Positions 55,701 to 64,000 of a stretch of 64,000 nt of DNA are shown piece by piece; the stretch's first letter is position 1, and each line of letters begins with the position of its first letter. The notes under the pieces were generated by a model. That model was given only the letters and a program-made list of their open reading frames with translations, was not told where the DNA came from and did no database searches. The position numbers were made by a program, and so were the translations under genes. The stretch covers positions 62,001 to 126,000 of the forward strand of contig NW_002060981.1 of the NCBI RefSeq assembly GCF_000150275.1. The letters are read 5' to 3'. Source of the stretch: Trichoplax adhaerens (lineage: Eukaryota > Animalia > Placozoa).

Positions 55701-58700
55701 TATACTGTATTCATTGTACAGTCTACAATAATTACTATCGAATCAAAACACGTTTATTATCTATATGATACTGTAGTAAGAAAATTAAAATAATTTCTTA
55801 AAGGGTATACTCGATTTTAAACATATCTTGCCGCCCTACAGAACAAACAACATCGATAAATTGATCTAGTTAGAGTAATGGATATCTATTTTAACGTTTG
55901 TTTATAAATCTCAGTGCCATTTTAAAAACCATCTTCTCATTATAACGATTGCATTTGGCAGTAATTTAGATTAATATCGTGTTGAACTACACTATTCTAG
56001 CAATAGATCAAGTTATTAGCAAATCGGTGGATATTAAATATCATTCCCTTCAAGCACAAATTTGAAAACAAATCCAGACACTTTGTAAAAAACGTGCTTA
56101 CCAACAACAATGATTTTAGGATCATGGCTTTTACGTTGTATTTTTACGATTGTGAGAAATGATGCGGGCCCAGTAAATGGAGACTTAAATATAGTAGGGA
56201 ACAACCTAAGGTATATCATCCGAAAGTTACGCCTACTATTGAACTATAGAATGTCCACTATTAGTTTTATATTGAATTGAAAACAATAGTTTGTCCTATT
56301 TTATCATTAGAATGCAAAATTAATATTGCTGTCTCATCATGGGGGTACTCTGCAGTCTACACTATAGAGTGGACAGTCATTAGGATTGCATCATGTAATC
56401 ATATTACTAATGTATCAAGCTTAAATAGCTATTTTTAATAGTTCAAACTAGTTTAAATTTGAAAACAGTATCAACAATCGTAGAATATAGAATATTTCTT
56501 AAATATTTTATAGGAAGGATTATTGACAGGCTATGCATATTCTAAGCTACAATGGAATGCAACGTGCATGGAATAATGGATTAAAATAACATTGAATAAA
56601 TAGGAAAGACTAGACAATATTTCTCAGTTGGAGTAATTAGCTATCAAGACCTTTTACCTTTCTTTTACATACTACACTATTTTACCATACATATAGTGTT
56701 GGCTGCAGTAAAAAATTTTGCTTTAAACACAGCCAACAGAGCTAGGAATATGAGAGTACATAATCTGGAAACTTATAGTGACGTGAACAAACTTTCATCA
56801 AGACAGCCTATGATGTTGCAATTTTCAAGAGTACTTGATATATAAACTTATACCGATTTGTAGAAACCTTTTATTTTTTGACGCATCATGCTCCAGTAGA
56901 GTCTATGTATAGGATAATTTCATTTTCTTATCCTCACATTTGGATTACAAAGCGTTTAAATTTCTTTATATTGCATTATTAAACTTAATGGTGGATGTTA
57001 CAGCTATAGACGGATTCTAATGTTTCACCAGCCTTAAATGGACGAAAAATAACAATAGTATGTCCATAATTTTGAATGGGATGGCTGGCTAATCAATAAC
57101 GCAACGAGCATTATAATTCTTACGGCAATTTTAAGTGTCCACCAAGAATTTCTATTCAAATAGTCTAGCTTTTTTGTTTCCGTGCTACTATGATCATAGA
57201 AATGTGCGTCAATTGCTAGATCTTTTTTCCAATATTAAACCGACATTAAACAATAACGGGTTACTACCTTAGCACTATGGCTGCCGCTATCATTATTATT
57301 CTACATTGTTAACTGGCATACCCGCTAATGTACCTTCTCCATTACTACTTGACCTTGTCATCATCATTACAATTAGTACCTCTTAATCAAAGTCGGCTTT
57401 TCGAACTTATTGTGCTATCTCTTATTATCTTACTAGTAAATGGAAGTGTTTTAATTTTTCGCGATTACTTACCTTATTATCGTTCTTAGTCAATACTATC
57501 TCAAATTTGATATATAATTTGTATTGTGGCTGGCTAGTATTCTACTACTTTATAGTCTCTTTTGCTTTACTTCTTTAATTAATCGTCGTTTTTTAAACCG
57601 CTCGCCTTTTGTTCGGCTAGTAGGTTATTGATTTTTTTTTTAGACTGCTGATCTATGCACTTGGATGTTTGAAGAATGGACTAAAGATACTTGTAAAGCT
57701 GACCTAGATTAGAGATATCTACAGAGTAACAGTTTGCTCTTGCACGAGAATTATTTCCAAAGCAGTTCATGTATAACGAATGATATAAATCACACAAGAT
57801 CAATAAATGATTTACTGAGTTACCTATGCAAGCAAAGAAACAATAAAGGTCGATCTTTAATTTAATAGCGACCGAATAATTTCTATTTGAAGATTTTTGT
57901 CAACAGTAGCACCAACGTATTTTACAAATCTTTCATTAGAGTTACCGATAGGCGTGGAAGGTAAAGCAATCAAGACGACTACCCTACACAAACCACTATC
58001 CAATGAAATGTATGCATACAATAGCAACTATGCAACTATAATGAATAAGTTCACGCATTCCATCGTAATTGATTTAATTACGATTATCAGTTCGTAGAGG
58101 GTGAGGAATACTTTGGTGAACAGTTTGATCTAATGCAACTAGATTGGACGAATAATCATATTGAGAGGGTATGAGTCATGCTTTTCCGCAATAAAAAGCC
58201 AATGAACTACTGACAAGGTCGAGATGCTCTGTTCTAGTTAGATTCCTGGCAAAGGATAGAAATTCTACCCGTCAGATGATTACCATTGATAAATTAATTT
58301 AGTATTACTCACCCTTCATTCTTGACATAGCTGAATAATGAGGTAAATAACTAGCCATCATACCGAATGGTACCGGCAGTTATTAACTCTATTTGAATAA
58401 GAATGCAACAGTTTCTGGCATTATTATAAAGTTTACCATGAAATACATGGATATCAACATGAATTTAGTACTATGGTTATGCCTACCCTCACTTATACAG
58501 TACATAACTTAGAATGGAAACGGGATATCTTCGTTCTTGACGGGCTTGGATGTCATTCCGGCTTACTGAAATGCTTTTAATTAAAAAGCATTGTCGTCCT
58601 TTTCTAGAGATTTATACATGGTTGAATAAATTATCGGTAGCACTTTGACCAATATACGTATTTATGAGGTAATTTTTTATCTCCAAGAAATTTGCTATTA

Positions 58701-60156
58701 ATTATTAAATAAGAGATGGTCAATGCAGTGGCTACTACATGCAAACGCCTGTTAGGAATCATCTGAAGAGTAAGAGTGAAAAATTTCAGAATAGTTATCG
58801 CGAGGATTTCGTATTTTCGATGTTGTATCAATAGATAAATTTTACCGCCACCATATCTTGTAATTTCATGGAATACTCTGAGACAAAAAATAGCAAGGGA
58901 CGATAAACAATCTAGTTCCACTCATAAAAACTTAACAGGAATTAAATTTAAATATTCTGATAGCCAATACTTCGGAAAAGTAGACTGTTCCATATCATTT
59001 ATTTTCAATTTTAGTATATTAAAAATGTCAGTAGTGGGAACTAGAGTCGTACTTCTGTGAAAAGTCATTATTGATTGTAAGCTCAGGATGAAACTGGAGA
59101 GCGGGAAAGTGGGCGTTTATGTTTAAACTCTTTACTGTCGAGTAAATGCAGATATAAAACGTTGGATATTATAGAATCAACCACTTTTAATATACTGTAC
59201 AATACAAAGGGATGCAATAGGCTAGGGTATAGATCTTGCTTATGATAGAGTTCAACACATTCAGAGTTTTTCTCTATAATTTTTCGTCATAATGGCGACA
59301 GTACACTGTATTTAGTTAGGGAGAAAAATTGAGAAATTAATCACTTCTATAGGCAGTGGAGTGCTTAATCATTGCACATACAGTAAGTGTTCAACTTGAT
59401 AATGCATAGTTATGATATTCTAATTGCATTACAAAGTATACGAACCGGAGATTATTATCTGTCCCAGAATTTCTGCAGTTGGTAATCGGTGTAGATCAAT
59501 TGTTAGGCACAGGTTTGAGATTATTCTGAAGAAAGACCCATGCTACATGCTAAATTATTTCTTAATCTGTAAAGCAAAAGTGCACCACGGTTACAAACAC
59601 TAATTGTACACCGGATAGAAATACGGCGGCGGAAATCAGGCCCATTAAGTAAGATTTAAGACTTTAATATGTACTAGAGCAATTGCAAGTGCTATCCAAA
59701 CACTGATTGATCTATTTATCAAGCGAAAGAGCTAGAAAAAAAATTGCAAAGGTACAGGACATCAAAGGTAGAAGTAACCATCATTTATTTCGGGATAGAC
59801 TCTACTGAACAGAATTGGAACGCTAACTTAATGATGAGCTACGATCGGTAAACTGTACAGGGTATGATTCGGTAAGGATGATCGTAGAAATATCTTCCTT
59901 TCTACAAATGTAACACTAAACCCCTATTTCCTACGCATGTAGTAATTAATTTCTTCTTTTTCGTCGCATAGAACAGTATACCATAGATGAGAATTACGGT
60001 GGTTCTATTTGGGTAGATGTTTTAATTTGATGATGTAGGCAAGCCGTAACGTCTAAAAATTTTTATTTATTGTCTGTATCTTACTATCACATAAAATTTA
60101 TTTTTCATGAATAATTTTCTTCTTCATCAAAGTGTATAATAAGTAAACATGAGAGT

Positions 60157-60300
60157 TTACGGAGCAGCGGTTGTGTCCACCTGCTAATAATTACCATCAT
60201 CTTTACGGGCCATCGCTAGCTGTAGTAGATAATTGTTATGGGACTTCATATTCCATTCTATTTTTACTTATCGGCTTCATGTAGAGACGACCGTATTTTG
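60157..60300 (-). pseudogene. Possible decayed fragment of the cystine-knot-like family
   Basis: AATAGAAT-GGAATATGAAGTCCCA resembles AATAGAATTTGAATATAATGCACCA of the 63.6-kb gene. It ends AACCGCTGCTCCGTAA versus AACTGTTCATGCCCGTAA. Frameshifts and stops present. Confidence 0.3.
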
Positions 60301-60391
60301 CAACAATCTTAGACAAAAATTATTTCAATGTTGATCTTATAAATAATTAATCAATCCAAATCATTTGGTAGCTGAAAAAGAAAACCAACAC

Positions 60392-60497
60392 GATATATTC
60401 CTTGTCCTCAAGACATTATTAAAGAAAACAATTTTAAATATAGTAACATACTTGCATGATATATTCCTTGGTCCAAGACATTATTAAGAAAACAATT
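60392..60497. repeat. ~40-bp direct duplication
   Basis: GATATATTCCTTG..CAAGACATTATTAA.GAAAACAATT at 60392 and 60458. Confidence 0.85.
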
Positions 60498-63400
60498 ATT
60501 AGCATCTCTTTAGCTTGCATTACTAGAGTAACTGTTTTCTTGGAAATTCAAAGTGTAAGGCATCGAGCATAGTTATAAAATGGATAATCGCAGTTGGTAG
60601 TAAGACTAGACCATAAACAAATGGAGAAATAAGCTTTGTGTTGAATAATATAATTTGATCAGCAATAGTATATAAAGATTTTAATAGTAGCAGTAGTTGT
60701 GCATCTATGCGTAGATAACATAATTTTTTTCAATGACAATAATCGATAGTTAGATAGCTAAGTTTATTTATATAATTTACACACAAAAACATCAACATAA
60801 TTAAAAATACAGTATTTGCTGATATCTGTATGTTTTAATTACCGTACTGTAGATATTTCAAGCACTTGCACGAGTAGATTTTAATTCAGTGTCAGATATG
60901 ATGACTCCTAAGATTTGTTGTTCGCCATTGATTTTAATACGTAATAAAATTTTGCTATAGTGGAAAAACTGGGCAATCGGTGTATTGTGAGATGGTGTCA
61001 CTAGCGAAGGATCTCAGTTACTTTCCAGTTTATTGGATTAAGGTGCACCTATTAAATTTTAATTTTAATAGCATAGGTCACGGTTCGAGCTGATTGATCG
61101 ATTGAGTTAGTTAAATTTTTCCAGTTCCATCTCTGCACCAAGGAACTTTAATTTAAAGTATGAGTTCCAAATCTTTAAGAAATCTAAACAAATGTTAGGC
61201 TCTTACTTATATAAAGTTATAAAAGTACATTCGTATCAAGTAAATCGCATATGAATTTCCGTATTTTGAAATGCGGGTAGGGTTACTGCGACGCTACACT
61301 CTTCGAAGTCTCTTGTCATTATACAATCAATGGTTTATGTATAAATTTCCAACTCATAAATTTTTGCCGGATTTTCAAGTAATAGAGTGACATGCGATGA
61401 TATTTCTTTGTCTCCGTAAAGATGAAGACAGTTATAGAATACCAGTATATCATTTGACAATGATCTTAGCCCGTTATATGTATAGCTGACAAAACTATTA
61501 AGAAATATAAACCCTTCAGTCATTTAAGTCTTACATTATGGATGTTATTTCTGTTTCCTATATTGATAACGACGTTAAGCTCACGAGAGACTGTTGTTAT
61601 CTTCAATTAGGATTATTATAATGCCATATACTGTATAATACAGTATTTGCTGTAATAGACGGTGCATATTTTTAGATTAATATAACATAAATTTGCTGCA
61701 TATGGTCAGGATAAATAAGTAATTGGCAGAATTCTTACGACAGTTCTCTCTCTTCAGTAGCTATCACATAAATGCAAACGAAATTTACATTTTCTGAGCA
61801 CCTAGTAATAAAATTATGATGCAGCCCTAATGATTTAATACTACCTTTTTCATTAATAAGTGAAACACTGTAAACACTTTACTGCTACTACGATAACAAT
61901 TCAAGTTTTACGTCATTTAAGGTGGTCTTTGATCTTTGACGGTCCATACTTAATAGTATAGCGAAAGATCCTATTAATCACCAGCTGCCGGTACTGCTCA
62001 CTAGCACTTTATCCAGCATAATCTTCTATGTACAAGTATATTCAAATCTCATTAGGTTATAATTTCGCAAATAACTAAGTAATAAGCATTGACAAAAATG
62101 AAAAGTAGCAACAGTTAAGGTTGCTTTTCACTTTAAGAGAGTTTTAAATTTATCGCGAGCGGCGATTATGAACTGTGAGGCATATTGAATAATTACTACA
62201 CGTATATTCAATGGCGCTATCGTTATTACCATTTCTTGCATCCCTTACTTAGATCACACATTTTAGATTCCGTTTTCTGCCGATACTTAACTAGGAAAGC
62301 AATCGGTTGCTATAATACTAGGATGCTGATCACATATTTTGCACTCCCGGCATCTTATGAAATATGAAGTTCTCATCTAAGGTAATCTTAATCTTAATCC
62401 ATGGGAAAAATTATCCAATCCGTAATTCCTACTGTATATTTTGAGTCCAATTTTGACCTTCATAGGTTTGTTAATTACCGCTTACTGTTATGTTTATTTT
62501 GTTGCTTTTGACAGTATTTTATTTTATGTTAGATACAAAATCGTAAAAATAAGTCACTTGTAATATTTTTTTCCTTTTCGGTCTTACATTCATAGTACCG
62601 GGTATAGGAAAAGGATATTAAACTTTCTAAATTGGATAAGCCGCACACATGCAATCAGCTAGAATTGTTCTGTTCTATTTGAATTATTGAAAGCTATTCA
62701 TTAATTATAAAGACCTAGTATACCATTACTAAATGGTAGATCATCTTATTAAGTCAAGAATGATGCTATACCTCATTTTGTAATACTAGTGTTAAATAAC
62801 TGTTTATTTTGTATCTTTAGTTTATAATATCCGCAGTATAGGAATTTCATGATAAAACTTTCGCTAATTAATTAGTGTTATATGAGAATCAGTAAATATC
62901 AATGAGAAGAGACACACAGAATTTACTTATTCAATTGTCCATTTATTTAATTCGAAATACAATTACACGTACGCACTTCAATGGTTACACCACTGACCAC
63001 TGAGTCAGTCATCGAAATGGCAGGAGTTACAGTTGTCACATCAATTCTGCATAGAGTTCTATCATTAAAATTAATTAAAGTGTGTATGAAATACAATAAG
63101 AGCCTACAAGGCTGTACGTTATGGAGATTTCAGTCGCACAATACCAATATGAGTGCTGCTTGAATAATTAAGTAATTTTCAATACACCTATATTCCTCAT
63201 AGTTTCGCTGAAAGTGGTTATCATAGTAGCGATACCTGCATTATTTATTCGCTATACACGTATATAAACATATATAATTATATAAGAAGTGTTTTTTCCT
63301 GTAATACTTTCAATTTATACAGTATATCACTACAAGTAGAATGCATTTGACCTGCATATAATTTAGGTCAAAATTGCTGCTAACATTGTGCAAGATAAAG

Positions 63401-63556
63401 GCTACAGATATAATTTTCCACGTATTATTCTACTTTTAGCTACTATATTTCCGGTATTGTCAGCATAACTTCTTTTTTACAAGTTGTGACTATTACTGTA
63501 CGATATAAGTGAAAGTAATTTAAGATTATAGTATCAATTTGAGTATTTTTAGCATA

Positions 63557-64000
63557 TTACGGGCATGAACAGTTATCTGGAACGAGTATGGATAATGTTA
63601 CTTTTTTGTCCGTTGACGGCCAGGTACTCTCTGGTGCATTATATTCAAATTCTATTCGCTTTTTTTTATTCGAGCTTTCACACGCTTTAATTTCTTTTGG
63701 CGAACAGGCTTTGTAACTACACTTTGCATATAAATGTCCAAGTGGGCGGCCGTACCCGTAACTGGCTGATATCCATGGAGCCGGGAAGAATTTTCGTTCT
63801 TGCTCGACATGGCAAGGTGGATCGAATTCATTAATTTTTGGTGATCTTTTAACAAAGGCTGATCTATCGTTGGACTCTTTCGTGTTATTACCTTCATTCA
63901 AATCGGACGAATTAAATTTATTCTCCTTGGCTACTGCTTTTGAATAGTCAGCCGGCCACGCACTACCGTATGGTAGAACGACTAAAATAATCACAATAAA
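63557..64000 (-). CDS. Secreted prepropeptide, divergent cystine-knot-like family, member B (6 Cys); 5' end truncated
   Basis: The frame is open to the window edge (FIVIILVVLPYGSA signal peptide). Polar pro-region, KR site, mature domain C...WI...C-x4-C...C...C-x-C at the extreme C-terminus. Confidence 0.85.
   Translation of the reverse strand, partial: FIVIILVVLPYGSAWPADYSKAVAKENKFNSSDLNEGNNTKESNDRSAFVKRSPKINEFDPPCHVEQERKFFPAPWISASYGYGRPLGHLYAKCSYKACSPKEIKACESSNKKKRIEFEYNAPESTWPSTDKKVTLSILVPDNCSCP

Noticed and set aside
59487-59612. CTISVC and VPNN*STP resembling member B (CSYKAC, VPDNCSCP)
   Set aside because: Different frames, spacing about 12 codons too short and no similarity in between; compatible with chance.
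63346-63372. TTTGACCT-n11-AGGTCAAA inverted repeat (nuclear receptor half-sites)
   Set aside because: An 8-bp arm pair is expected by chance in 64 kb, and the spacing is not a standard response element.

Overview
AT-rich eukaryotic (metazoan) genomic DNA with many short spliceosomal introns. Composition and gene compactness suggest an early-branching animal such as a placozoan (inference). Hand-spliced protein genes: a GT31 beta-1,3-galactosyltransferase (5' end cut by the window edge), a 22-exon PARG (minus strand, one GC-AG intron), a Ca2+-independent SYT15-like synaptotagmin, RPS24, CHCHD1, a 287-aa CARD+TIR protein that keeps the catalytic glutamate, a GPI-anchored C-type lectin-like protein, and two paralogous secreted prepropeptides with a divergent cystine-knot-type Cys pattern (plus possible decayed copies). 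The most interesting items are the CARD-TIR candidate NADase and the small cystine-knot-like hormone family, one member of which has lost two cysteines. Also notable are a candidate intronic H/ACA guide RNA with 18S- and U2-complementary pockets behind a TOP-like start, a multi-branch RNA structure in RPS24 intron 2, and (TACTG)n tracts at housekeeping promoters. All gene models are manual and unverified by transcript data. rRNA and U2 target sequences are recalled consensus, not searched.
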